Notes under the pieces: generated by a model | The model's database searches: none | The model's input: only the letters and a program-made list of their open reading frames with translations | Told to the model about the DNA's origin: nothing | NCBI RefSeq assembly: GCF_006716235.1 | Contig: NZ_VFOR01000004.1 | Location: 94,145-118,144 of the forward strand | Length of the DNA: 24,000 bases | Direction of reading: 5' to 3' | Origin: Propioniferax innocua | Lineage (GTDB): Bacteria; Actinomycetota; Actinomycetes; Propionibacteriales; Propionibacteriaceae | In this document: one piece after another, positions 14,925 to 22,826 of the stretch | Numbering within the stretch: position 1 is the first letter of the stretch | Layout of the letters: every line of letters starts with the position of its first letter | Made by a program: the position numbers and the translations under genes

Positions 14925-15974
14925 ATGATCTCGACCGATGTAGCGGTGATCGGCGGTGGACAGGCCGGGCTGGCAGCCGGTTTCCACCTACGGCGCCGAG
15001 GGGTGAAAAGTGTCATCCTCGATGCCAACACCCATCCGGGTGGGGCCTGGCAGCATTTCTGGGATTCGATGCGGATGTTCTCCCCCGCCGCCCACAGCCC
15101 CTTGCCCGGATGGCGCATGCCGCCACAACCGGGCGAGGACTTCCCGACCGCCAACCACGTCGTCGAGTACTTCACCCGCTACGAGGATCGGTACGACCTG
15201 CAGGTGCAGCGTGGCGTGCGTGTGGTGAACGTGCGACGTGCCGAAAAACGCTTCCTTCTGGAAACAGACCACGGCGACCTCTCGGCTCGGGCGGTCATCA
15301 GCGCCACCGGCACGTGGGAGAACCCGGTCCTGCCGGAGTACCCCGACCAGCAACTGTTCTGTGGCGACCAGCTGCACACCGTCGACTACAAGAGCCCCGA
15401 GCCATTCGCCGGGAAACGAGTGGTCGTGGTCGGGGGCGGCAACTCCGGGCCGCAGGTGCTGGCCGACGTGTCGCAGGTTGCCGAAACGCTCTGGGTGACC
15501 CAACGGCCACCCCGATTCATGCCCGATGACGTCGATGGACGCGTTCTTTTCGATGTGGCGACCGCCCGTGAAGCCGCTCGACGTGAGGGTCTGGAGCATG
15601 AGGGGGTTGAAGGGCTTGGCGACATCGTGATGGTTCCAGCGGTGAAGGATGCCCGCTCACGTGGCGTGCTCAAGCGCCGACCCATGTTCGAGGGCTTCAC
15701 GGCACGAGGAGTCCGATGGGCCGACGGTTCGGAATGGACCTGCGATGCGGTGATCTGGTGCACCGGATTCCGACCGGCCCTGTCTCATCTGGATGGCCTC
15801 GATCTCACATGGACCGATGGCCACCCCGCCACCGAGGGCACTCGATCGGTCGATCACCCCGGGTTGCACCTGCTCGGCTACGGCGACTGGACCGGCTTCG
15901 CCTCCGCCACGATCATCGGCGCAGCCCGGACCTCGAAGTCGACGGTGGCTGAACTCATTGAGTTTTTGGCCTGA
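14925..15974 (+). CDS. NAD(P)/FAD-dependent oxidoreductase (flavin-containing monooxygenase-like, CzcO/ArsO-like)
   Basis: AGGAGG lies 5 nt before ATG 14925. There are two dinucleotide-binding motifs: VAVIGGGQAGLAAG (FAD) and VVVVGGGNSGPQV (NADPH). The C-terminus has ..WCTGFRP. The part of the track ORF upstream of 14925 has no RBS or family-like sequence. Confidence 0.85.
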   Translation: MISTDVAVIGGGQAGLAAGFHLRRRGVKSVILDANTHPGGAWQHFWDSMRMFSPAAHSPLPGWRMPPQPGEDFPTANHVVEYFTRYEDRYDLQVQRGVRVVNVRRAEKRFLLETDHGDLSARAVISATGTWENPVLPEYPDQQLFCGDQLHTVDYKSPEPFAGKRVVVVGGGNSGPQVLADVSQVAETLWVTQRPPRFMPDDVDGRVLFDVATAREAARREGLEHEGVEGLGDIVMVPAVKDARSRGVLKRRPMFEGFTARGVRWADGSEWTCDAVIWCTGFRPALSHLDGLDLTWTDGHPATEGTRSVDHPGLHLLGYGDWTGFASATIIGAARTSKSTVAELIEFLA

Positions 15975-16077
15975 GCCGCCAACTGCTGGCGCACAACGTG
16001 ACTGCAAAGCCTTCCGGCGAAGATGACCGTTTCCTACCAGCCGATTCTCGGGCTCGCCCGTTGAGCCCATGCCCACG

Positions 16078-16098
16078 TGGCCCTGCGGAATCCAGTGG
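16078..16098 (+). repeat. Copy B1 of intergenic motif TGGCCCTG-N2-GAATCCAGTGG
   Basis: 19 aligned bases are identical to copy A, and the spacer differs in length by 1 nt (TCA versus CG). The GAATCCAGTGG core begins 129 nt upstream of the sORF ATG at 16217. Confidence 0.4.
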
Positions 16099-16216
16099 GA
16101 GGAAATGGTCACTCCCCCTGTGCGCACCCCAAGAAAGAAGAGGCACAAACCGCGGTGGAGGCACCACGCTTATGGATGTGAGCAATACCGCTCACCGACA
16201 CCACGAAGGAGTTCCC

Positions 16217-16282
16217 ATGACCACGCCTGATCGGATCACTGTTCCCGACGTCTGGGACGAACCCGCCACCGGGACCGAATAG
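16217..16282 (+). CDS. Hypothetical 21-codon sORF (MTTPDRITVPDVWDEPATGTE)
   Basis: GAAGGAG lies 6 nt upstream of the ATG. The TAG stop is followed immediately by a stem-loop (16283-16316). The sORF sits in a ~500-bp non-coding gap. No homology is recognisable by eye. Confidence 0.25.
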   Translation: MTTPDRITVPDVWDEPATGTE

Positions 16283-16316
16283 TGCGGCTGCGGAGACAAC
16301 CTCGACGCAGACCGCA
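16283..16316 (+). promoter_or_regulatory. Stem-loop directly after the sORF stop (possible attenuator/terminator)
   Basis: TGCGGCTGCG-gagacaacctcga-CGCAGaCCGCA forms a 10-bp stem with one bulged A. There is no U-tract. Confidence 0.3.
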
Positions 16317-16337
16317 TCCACAACTGACCACCGCCAC

Positions 16338-16355
16338 GAATCGAGTGGGAAGAAA
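16338..16355 (+). repeat. Copy B2 of motif (GAATCGAGTGGGAAGAAA)
   Basis: 16/18 bases are identical to B1 (GAATCCAGTGGGAGGAAA). It lies 139 nt upstream of ATG 16477. Confidence 0.35.
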
Positions 16356-16476
16356 CCGCACCACTCCATCACGCCCGCACTCTCGAGCCCCCTGCGCATC
16401 TCCGAGCATTGACCTTCGGGGAGGAGTGGCCCATCATCAAACATGAATGCCACTTCAACTCTGGCAGAGAGCAACG

Positions 16477-17436
16477 ATGCCTTCCATCCAGACCGTCACC
16501 GGACCCATTGACCTCGATGATTTCGGCCCCACGCTCGTGCACGAGCACGTGGTCATCATGAACACCGAGTACAACCAGAACTATCAACCGGATTGGGACG
16601 AAGAAGCACGCATCTCCGACGCCGTGGAGAAACTCAACGAGCTCAGTCAGCTCGGGATCACCTCGATCATGGACCCCACCGTGCTGGGGCTCGGACGCTA
16701 CATCCCCCGGATCAAGCGCATCGCCGAACAGGCCAACATCAACATCCTCGTGGCCACCGGCCTGTACACGTTCAACGACCTTCCCATGCAGTTCGAGTAT
16801 CGGGGCCCCGGGCGCCTCGTCGACATCCCCGAGCCGCTCACCGAGATGTTCATCTCCGACATCACCGAGGGAATCGCCGACACCGGGGTCCGAGCAGCCT
16901 TCCTCAAGTGCGCGATCGAGCAGCCGGGGCTCACCCCGGGTGTCGAACGGGCCATGCGGGCCGTGGGCCAGGCCCATGTGGAGACCGGCGCACCGATCAC
17001 CGTGCACACCAGCCCGCACAATGAATCAGGATTGACGGCCCAGCGAGTGCTCAAGGAGGAAGGTGTCGACCTCGACAAGGTCATCATCGGGCACTGCGGC
17101 GACACGACCGACCTCGACTATCTGTGCCGCGTCGCCGATCAGGGCTCGATGTTGGGCATGGACCGTTTCGGACTCGACATCTTCCTGCCCACGGCTCAGC
17201 GTGTCGAAACGATCCTCGAACTGGTCCGCCGCGGCTACGCGGACAGCATCACCCTGACCCACGACGCCAACTGCTTCATCGACTACTTCAGCGATGCGGA
17301 GAAGGCGCACGCCGCACCGAACTGGCACTACCGGCACATCAGCGAGGACGTCATCCCCGCACTCCTCGACGGTGGACTCGACCAGAGCCACATCGAGACG
17401 TTCCTCGTGACCAACCCTCGGCGCCACTTCGAGTGA
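16477..17436 (+). CDS. Phosphotriesterase family protein (PTE-like lactonase / PHP)
   Basis: The sequence is MPSIQTVTGPIDLDDFGPTLVHEHV (HxH metal site)...AAFLKCAIE (position of the carbamylated Lys)...ITVHT...IIGHCGD...LTHDANC. The start is ATG 16477; the track start at 16447 is the alternative. Confidence 0.9.
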   Translation: MPSIQTVTGPIDLDDFGPTLVHEHVVIMNTEYNQNYQPDWDEEARISDAVEKLNELSQLGITSIMDPTVLGLGRYIPRIKRIAEQANINILVATGLYTFNDLPMQFEYRGPGRLVDIPEPLTEMFISDITEGIADTGVRAAFLKCAIEQPGLTPGVERAMRAVGQAHVETGAPITVHTSPHNESGLTAQRVLKEEGVDLDKVIIGHCGDTTDLDYLCRVADQGSMLGMDRFGLDIFLPTAQRVETILELVRRGYADSITLTHDANCFIDYFSDAEKAHAAPNWHYRHISEDVIPALLDGGLDQSHIETFLVTNPRRHFE

Positions 17437-17544
17437 CGCTCCGGCTCCGGTCTCGGGCGGGCGCCACACCGCCCGGCCGAGCACCGGAACCCGGCGCCCA
17501 TCGTCGCCATGTGCCCTGCGCCTCACGGCGTTAGCATCCACACC

Positions 17545-18573
17545 ATGTGGAACATGGTGACGGTGGTCTGCGTGGGCGCGCTCCTTCTTCTGTACGTCTT
17601 CCAATGGCGCTCCCACCGGACGGGATCGACGCCCATCAGCCGCCACGACTCCGTCTTCGCCCACCTGCCACCGGGCGTCATCCCGGGCGATCCCAACGCC
17701 CCCATACGCAAGGCGACCAGCGCCGATGTGAAAGCACCGCTCGCCGTGCGTTTCGAGCCGCCACAGGGTGTGCGTCCGGAGCAGGTGGGGATGCTGGTCG
17801 ACGGGAAGGTCCAGGCCTCCGACATCGCCGCCGCCGTGCTCGACCTCACCGTGCGCGGCATCATCCGACTGACCCCTGAGGTAAGAATTCACGGCCTTCG
17901 ACGCCGCCTGACGCGGGACTGGCTGGTCACTGTCCTTCGCCAACCGCATCCGCAGGAGGTCAGCGCCCTCCAACATCGGCTCCTGCGCGCGTTCGCCTGG
18001 TTCAGCAGGCCGGCGACGCTCCATCAACTCAGGCCGGCCCTCAAGCTAGCCATGAAGGAGATGCGCGAGACGCTCGCCGGCGATCCCGCGAACGACGCCT
18101 GGTATCCCGGGCATGAGGAGGGCTCACTGACGTTCGGCGCCATGTTCGGCGCCGGCTATCGAAAGCGAAGTGCCCTCGGAGCCGCATTGCGCTACCAGTC
18201 GGCCGGGTTCCGTGAGTTCCTCGCCACGGCCGACGGCGATCGGTTCCGCTTCGAGGCCGGCGCCGGGATGTTCAGCCGCCACCTCCCCTGGGCCGTGGCA
18301 TACGGAGTGACCCATCAGTGGGTGCATGCCTTCCGCGAAGCCGCGGAGGATGCCCCTGCCTCGGTCGCGACGACCTGGTCCGGCGACCTCGCCTGGTTCG
18401 CCGATTTCAGCGGAGCCGACTTCAGCGCATTGGCCGATCTCGGCGATTCGATCGGAGACCTCGCCGATGGCATCGGCGACCTCGCCAGCGATCTCACCTC
18501 AGGCATGGACGACGCCGGCGGTGATGGCGACGGTGGTGGTGACGGCGGCGGCGATGGCGGAGGCGGCGATTGA
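17545..18573 (+). CDS. DUF2207-like membrane protein (C-terminal-half architecture only) with Gly/Asp-repeat tail
   Basis: There is an N-terminal TM helix (MVTVVCVGALLLLYVFQW). Then come FEPPQGVRPEQVGMLVDGKVQASDIAAAVLDLTVRGIIRL and FSRHLPWAVAYGVTHQWVHAF, both typical DUF2207 segments. The tail is GGDGDGGGDGGGDGGGGD. The start is ambiguous (17509, 17545 or 17554). Confidence 0.7.
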   Translation: MWNMVTVVCVGALLLLYVFQWRSHRTGSTPISRHDSVFAHLPPGVIPGDPNAPIRKATSADVKAPLAVRFEPPQGVRPEQVGMLVDGKVQASDIAAAVLDLTVRGIIRLTPEVRIHGLRRRLTRDWLVTVLRQPHPQEVSALQHRLLRAFAWFSRPATLHQLRPALKLAMKEMRETLAGDPANDAWYPGHEEGSLTFGAMFGAGYRKRSALGAALRYQSAGFREFLATADGDRFRFEAGAGMFSRHLPWAVAYGVTHQWVHAFREAAEDAPASVATTWSGDLAWFADFSGADFSALADLGDSIGDLADGIGDLASDLTSGMDDAGGDGDGGGDGGGDGGGGD

Positions 18574-18609
18574 CGCTAGGCTCGCCCCTCAGCGAAAAAG
18601 GAGCGAGCG

Positions 18610-19962
18610 ATGGACCACCCCCAGCAAAAACGCAACACGCCAGCCCTTCTGGCTGTGACCTCCGCGTCGCTGTTCGCCATGTTCTTCGGTGCCGGGAACC
18701 TGGTCTTCCCGCCCATGTTGGGAGCGCTGTCCGGTGAGAGTTTCCCGCCAGCGATCATGGGCTTCCTCGCCTCGGCAGTGGCGCTGCCGGTCGTGGCGGT
18801 GATGGCCGTCGCCATCACCGGGCATGACATCCGTGACCTCACCGCACGAGGCGGCCGCATCTTCGGCGTGCTGTTCCCGGTCCTCGTCTATCTCTCCATC
18901 GGAGCGTTCTATGCGCTCCCCCGCACGGCCGCCGTCAGTTTCTCGGCAAGTGTCCCGCCGCTCACAGGTTGGGACTCGTGGCTGGCGAAGGCCCTCTTCT
19001 CCGCCGTGTTCTTCGGCGTCACCTACCTGCTCGCGTTCGATCCGCACGGCATCGTCGACAAGATCGGCCGCTATCTGACCCCCGCCTTGGTGGCGTTGAT
19101 GGTGCTCCTGGTCGTGCTCAGCGTGCTGCTCATGCGCCCCCAGCCGACGCCGCCGACCCCCGAATACGCCGAGGGCCCCTTCATCAGCGGCTTCCTCCAG
19201 GGCTACTTGACCATGGACTCCCTCGCTGCGCTCGCTCTCGGCATCATCGTCATCGCCTCGCTGAAGCACGCTGGGGTTCCTGCCGGTCGGCCGCTGGTGC
19301 GCGGCGTGATGGCGGCAGGCTCCATCGCCGGATTGATGCTCGCCGCGGTCTATGTGGGTCTGGCAGCGATCGGGCGACGCCTCCCCGACGCGCAGAGCCA
19401 CTCCGATGGCGCATCGCTTCTCTCGGCCGCAGCCCACCACACAATGGGCTTCGCGGGGATCGTGGTTTTCGCGCTCATCGTGCTCTTCGCGTGCCTCACC
19501 ACCTCGGTGGGTCTGCTCGGTGCGACATCGGCGTTCTTCGCACGCCTCGTTCCTGCCGTCTCCTACCGCCGTTGGGCGATCGGGTTCAGCGTCATCTCCT
19601 TCCTGGTGTCGACGCTGGGGCTTGATCTCGTCATCGCCATCGCCGCGCCGGTCATCGGTTTCCTCTACCCCACGGCCATCACGCTCATCGCGTTGACGCT
19701 GATCGAACCGATGCTGCGCCGACGCCTGAACCTGACCTTCGTCTTCGCCCTGGCGGTGTCCCTGGTCTGGTCGGCTCTGATGACACTCACCTCACTCGGG
19801 TGGGGCTCGGCCGTCATCGACCCGATGATCACGTGGTCCCCCGGGCATGCCCAGGAACTGGGTTGGGTCGTGCCGACGCTGATGGCCGCCGTGGCGGGAT
19901 TCATCGTCGACGTCGTCCGTGATGAACGAACCCCCGAGCCCGCAGGTCAGCCCGAGACCTGA
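18610..19962 (+). CDS. brnQ: Branched-chain amino acid transport system II carrier protein (LIVCS family)
   Basis: The RBS is AAAGGAG. The sequence is ...LFAMFFGAGNLVFPPMLGALSG..., with ~12 TM helices over 450 aa. Confidence 0.9.
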   Translation: MDHPQQKRNTPALLAVTSASLFAMFFGAGNLVFPPMLGALSGESFPPAIMGFLASAVALPVVAVMAVAITGHDIRDLTARGGRIFGVLFPVLVYLSIGAFYALPRTAAVSFSASVPPLTGWDSWLAKALFSAVFFGVTYLLAFDPHGIVDKIGRYLTPALVALMVLLVVLSVLLMRPQPTPPTPEYAEGPFISGFLQGYLTMDSLAALALGIIVIASLKHAGVPAGRPLVRGVMAAGSIAGLMLAAVYVGLAAIGRRLPDAQSHSDGASLLSAAAHHTMGFAGIVVFALIVLFACLTTSVGLLGATSAFFARLVPAVSYRRWAIGFSVISFLVSTLGLDLVIAIAAPVIGFLYPTAITLIALTLIEPMLRRRLNLTFVFALAVSLVWSALMTLTSLGWGSAVIDPMITWSPGHAQELGWVVPTLMAAVAGFIVDVVRDERTPEPAGQPET

Positions 19963-20636
19963 TCCACGTGCACCGCGCCCGCGATGGGCAGGCTCATCTC
20001 GATCGCCTGATCCTCGGACTGCACGGTCATCAACCCCGTCGCGGTCATGGGTGTCACGATTTGCAGTGTCGACCCGACTCGGATCCCACGATCGGCCAGG
20101 AAGCGCAGCACATCGGGGTTGGTGTCGGAGACGCGGACCACCTGCACCGTCTGCCCTGTCTCGCAGCGCGTCAGGATCCGCGCGGTCACCGGCCCGTCCG
20201 CCCTGCCCATCGCACCGGCCTGTGGGATGGGATCCCCGTGGGGATCCACCTCCGGGTGTCCGAGGGCGGCGTCGATGCGTTCGATGAGGAGGTCCGAGGC
20301 GGCATGTTCGAGCCGGTCGGCCTCATCATGGACCTCGTCCCAGCGGTAACCCAGGTGTTCGACGAGGAAGGTCTCGATGAGGCGGTGCCGCCGGACCACG
20401 TCGACGGCCATGCGCTCGCCTTCCTCGCTGAGTGAGATGGTCCCGTAGGGCTCGTAGTGGATGAGTTCCTCGCGGGCGAGTTTCTTGAGGTTCGCCGACA
20501 CCGTGGAGAGGGTGACCCCGAGGGATGCCGCGAGGTCGCTGGTGGTGGCCTTCCGGCCATCATCGGGCCATTCGCCGGCTTTCCAGATCAGGGTCACGTA
20601 GTCCTCGGCGACACGAGAGGTCTCGCGAGCGGTCAC
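19947..20636 (-). CDS. mntR: DtxR/MntR family metal-dependent transcriptional regulator with C-terminal FeoA/SH3-like domain
   Basis: The sequence is EDYVTLIWKAGEW...TTSDLAASLGVTLSTVSANLKKLAREELIHYEPYGTISLSEEGERMAVDVVRRHRLIETFLVEHLGYRWDEVHDEADRLEHA. The preferred start is GTG 20636, preceded by AAGGAAG. The track uses TTG 20678. It is divergent from mntP. Confidence 0.9.
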   Translation of the reverse strand: MTARETSRVAEDYVTLIWKAGEWPDDGRKATTSDLAASLGVTLSTVSANLKKLAREELIHYEPYGTISLSEEGERMAVDVVRRHRLIETFLVEHLGYRWDEVHDEADRLEHAASDLLIERIDAALGHPEVDPHGDPIPQAGAMGRADGPVTARILTRCETGQTVQVVRVSDTNPDVLRFLADRGIRVGSTLQIVTPMTATGLMTVQSEDQAIEMSLPIAGAVHVDQVSG

Positions 20637-20737
20637 GTCGTCTTCCTTCTCCGGGCAGCACCCAGCGTCGTTGTCCAAGGTTCAGCTTCACCACTGGTGA
20701 TCGCTGTGTCCAGCCCCAGCCTGAAGTGAGCCTTATC

Positions 20738-20750
20738 TAACTTCCAGTTA
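20738..20750. promoter_or_regulatory. Candidate MntR operator half (inverted repeat TAACTtccAGTTA) in the mntR/mntP intergenic region
   Basis: This is an AT-rich palindrome within ccttatcTAACTtccAGTTAAcc, the only AT-rich dyad in the 198-bp divergent region. Confidence 0.25.
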
Positions 20751-20834
20751 ACCGTGGACACACCGGGTTCGCGACCCCGACAGTTGTTTCGCGTCGGCCA
20801 CTTGTCGACGCCATCCGCTGCGCGAAAGGCCTCC

Positions 20835-21404
20835 ATGACCACCTTCTCGATCTCCCTCATCGGGATCGGTGTGTCCGCCGACGCCTTCGCCGCAGCCCTG
20901 ACCCGTGGTGTCACGATGTGCAGGCTCGACTACCGGCACGCCGCCATCATCGCGCTCGTGTTCGCGGGTTTCCAGATGCTGATGCCGCTGTTGGGGTGGG
21001 CGTTCACCGCGCGCTTCACGTCGTTGCTCGCTCCTGTGGATCATTGGATCGCCTTCGCCCTGCTCGCCCTCATCGGCGGCAAGATGATCTGGGATTCGGT
21101 GAGTGGCGGTGACGACGCCGAGGCCGCTCCGCGCAGCATCGGTTTCCGGCGGCTCCTGCTCCTAGGGTTGGCGACGAGCATCGACGCCGCGGCGGTCGGC
21201 GCGTCGTTCGGGATGCTGCAGGTGTCGATCCTGCAGGCAGTGCTCATCATCGGGCACATCACCCTGGTGTTGTCGTTCATCGCCGTGGTGATCGGGAATC
21301 GGATCGGTGTGCGCTTCCGCCGACCGGCGGAGTTGCTCGGCGGGCTCGTCCTCATCGGCATCGGAACCAAGGTCGTGCTGGATCATCTGGCGTTCTTCGG
21401 CTGA
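20835..21404 (+). CDS. mntP: Manganese efflux pump MntP
   Basis: The sequence is MTTFSISLIGIGVSADAFAAALTRGV...GLATSIDAAAVGASFG, the duplicated DUF204 motif. ATG 20835 is preceded by GAAAGG. It is adjacent to and divergent from mntR. Confidence 0.9.
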   Translation: MTTFSISLIGIGVSADAFAAALTRGVTMCRLDYRHAAIIALVFAGFQMLMPLLGWAFTARFTSLLAPVDHWIAFALLALIGGKMIWDSVSGGDDAEAAPRSIGFRRLLLLGLATSIDAAAVGASFGMLQVSILQAVLIIGHITLVLSFIAVVIGNRIGVRFRRPAELLGGLVLIGIGTKVVLDHLAFFG

Positions 21405-21431
21405 CGCCACCGGCCTCCTGGTCAGGCCCGG

Positions 21432-22217
21432 TCAGGAGCGGAGCCGTTGCAGATAGTCGCTGGGCGAATGACCGAGCGCCTTTCGGAATTCGTGGGTGAA
21501 GTGTGCCTGATCGCTGAATCCGTGCTCGGCGGCGACCGACGCCACGCTGGGGCGCGAGGCGTCGCGGAGTCGATGGGCGGCGTCCTGAAGTCGTCGGCGC
21601 CGGATCATGGCGTAGGGGGTCAGCCCCACGTATCGGGCGGCGAGGCGGTGGAGGGTCCGCACCGAGACCCCGCAGGCCTCAGCCAGGTCGGTGACGGTGG
21701 TGATACCCGGTTCTTGCTCGCAGACGTCGGCCATGTGGTTGGCCGCCAGGGCTTCCTCATCCGGCTCTCCGGCCCGGTCCACGAGCCACTCCCCCACCAC
21801 GCCGACCGCGGCCCGCAGGCCATCCGCGTCGACGAGGGTGGTGACGGCACGGTGCAGGTCGGGGGCGTCGAGCGTCAGGTATTGATCGCGGCATGTGCGC
21901 GGATCGCCGGTGAAGGCGGGCACCGCCGCGGGGCGAAGCCTGGCCCCGACCACCCATCCGTGCCCTTCGAGGTCTCGGTGGGACGCGCGGGTCGCCGGCC
22001 CGGCGAAACCGACGAGTTCGGTCTCCACGGCGAGGTTGCAGGTGGGGTACGCGAGCACGTGTTGTCGCAAGGTGGTGCCGTCAGGGAAGTCCCAGACGCT
22101 CAACCACCACCAGTGGACAAGGTCGATCAGTGCATGCTCGGGTTCGATGCGTTCGAAGTCGACCGGGAGCAGATTGGGATACAGCGTCCCGCGATCGACA
22201 CGTGGCCCCATGGACAT
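21432..22217 (-). CDS. AraC family transcriptional regulator
   Basis: The C-terminal double HTH is ITTVTDLAEACGVSVRTLHRLAARYVGLTPYAMIRRRRLQDAAHRL...GFSDQAHFTHEFRKALGHSPSDY. Confidence 0.85.
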   Translation of the reverse strand: MSMGPRVDRGTLYPNLLPVDFERIEPEHALIDLVHWWWLSVWDFPDGTTLRQHVLAYPTCNLAVETELVGFAGPATRASHRDLEGHGWVVGARLRPAAVPAFTGDPRTCRDQYLTLDAPDLHRAVTTLVDADGLRAAVGVVGEWLVDRAGEPDEEALAANHMADVCEQEPGITTVTDLAEACGVSVRTLHRLAARYVGLTPYAMIRRRRLQDAAHRLRDASRPSVASVAAEHGFSDQAHFTHEFRKALGHSPSDYLQRLRS

Positions 22218-22267
22218 GGCACGAATCTACAAGCCGGCCCTGACGCGGGCGGCCTAGCGTCCTGCCC

Positions 22268-22771
22268 ATGGAGAACGCACAGACGAACCCCGCCACCGGA
22301 GCCCACACCGACAACGGCACGCCCCACGGATACACCTCGATCACACCGTTCCTGGTCGTCGCCGATCCGGTGGCGGCCCTCGCCTTCTATCAGGACGTCT
22401 TCGGAGCGCGCCTCATCAACTCCACCGCGTTCGGTGATGTCGTGGTCCATGCCGAGCTCGAGTTCGCCGAGGGGCGTCTGCAGCTGGGCGCCGCCAGCCC
22501 CGGATACGGGACGGTTGCGCCTGACCCCGACGCCGACGAAGTGCGGTTCTCGCTCGCGCTCTACTGCCCCGATGTGGACGCGGTGACGCAGCGTGCGGTC
22601 GATGCCGGGGCCACGTTGCGGGAACCGGTCGCGAACTTCGTCTCCGGGGACCGATTCGCCAGCATCCGGGACCCGTTCGGCATCCGCTGGTCGATCATGA
22701 CGCGCGTGGAGGATCTCTCCGACGCCGAGTCCGACCGACGCATCAAGGAATGGGCCGCCCAACAGGGGTGA
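22268..22771 (+). CDS. VOC (glyoxalase/bleomycin-resistance/PhnB-like) family protein
   Basis: The sequence is GYTSITPFLVVADPVAALAFYQDVFGARL...VVHAELEFAEGRLQLG...FASIRDPFGIRWSI. It is divergent from the AraC gene. Confidence 0.8.
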   Translation: MENAQTNPATGAHTDNGTPHGYTSITPFLVVADPVAALAFYQDVFGARLINSTAFGDVVVHAELEFAEGRLQLGAASPGYGTVAPDPDADEVRFSLALYCPDVDAVTQRAVDAGATLREPVANFVSGDRFASIRDPFGIRWSIMTRVEDLSDAESDRRIKEWAAQQG

Positions 22772-22789
22772 GCTGTGAGGCTCGCGTAC

Positions 22790-22826
22790 AGCGGTCTCCC
22801 TCGCTGAGCCTGCGAGGGACACCGCT
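22790..22826. terminator. Bidirectional hairpin between convergent genes
   Basis: AGCGGT-ct-CCCTCGC-tgagcct-GCGAGGG-ac-ACCGCT forms 13 paired bases in two segments. The right end touches the stop of the 22826-23104 gene. Confidence 0.5.

Noticed and set aside
14648-15529. 293-aa + ORF, and the 38-codon upstream extension of the oxidoreductase ORF (14811-14924)
   Set aside because: The 293-aa ORF is out of frame with the Rossmann-motif frame and Arg/Pro-rich. The extension has no RBS, whereas AGGAGG sits 5 nt before ATG 14925 and the FAD motif begins at residue 7 from there.
17026-18027. 333-aa minus ORF spanning the lactonase/DUF2207 junction
   Set aside because: It is antisense to two well-supported + strand genes and crosses their intergenic region. 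Its composition is typical of GC shadow ORFs.
18589-19440. 283-aa minus ORF antisense to brnQ
   Set aside because: It is a shadow ORF, His/Arg/Glu/Gly-rich and featureless. The brnQ frame is unambiguous.
20679-20834. yybP-ykoY manganese riboswitch in the mntP leader
   Set aside because: I could not find the conserved GGGGAGUAG or distal conserved loop sequences. Only a small GGGT-N5-ACCC hairpin is present. Confirmation of absence needs a covariance-model scan.
21447-22586. 379-aa + ORF across the AraC gene and into the VOC gene
   Set aside because: It is antisense to the AraC frame and out of frame with the VOC gene. It has no domain features.
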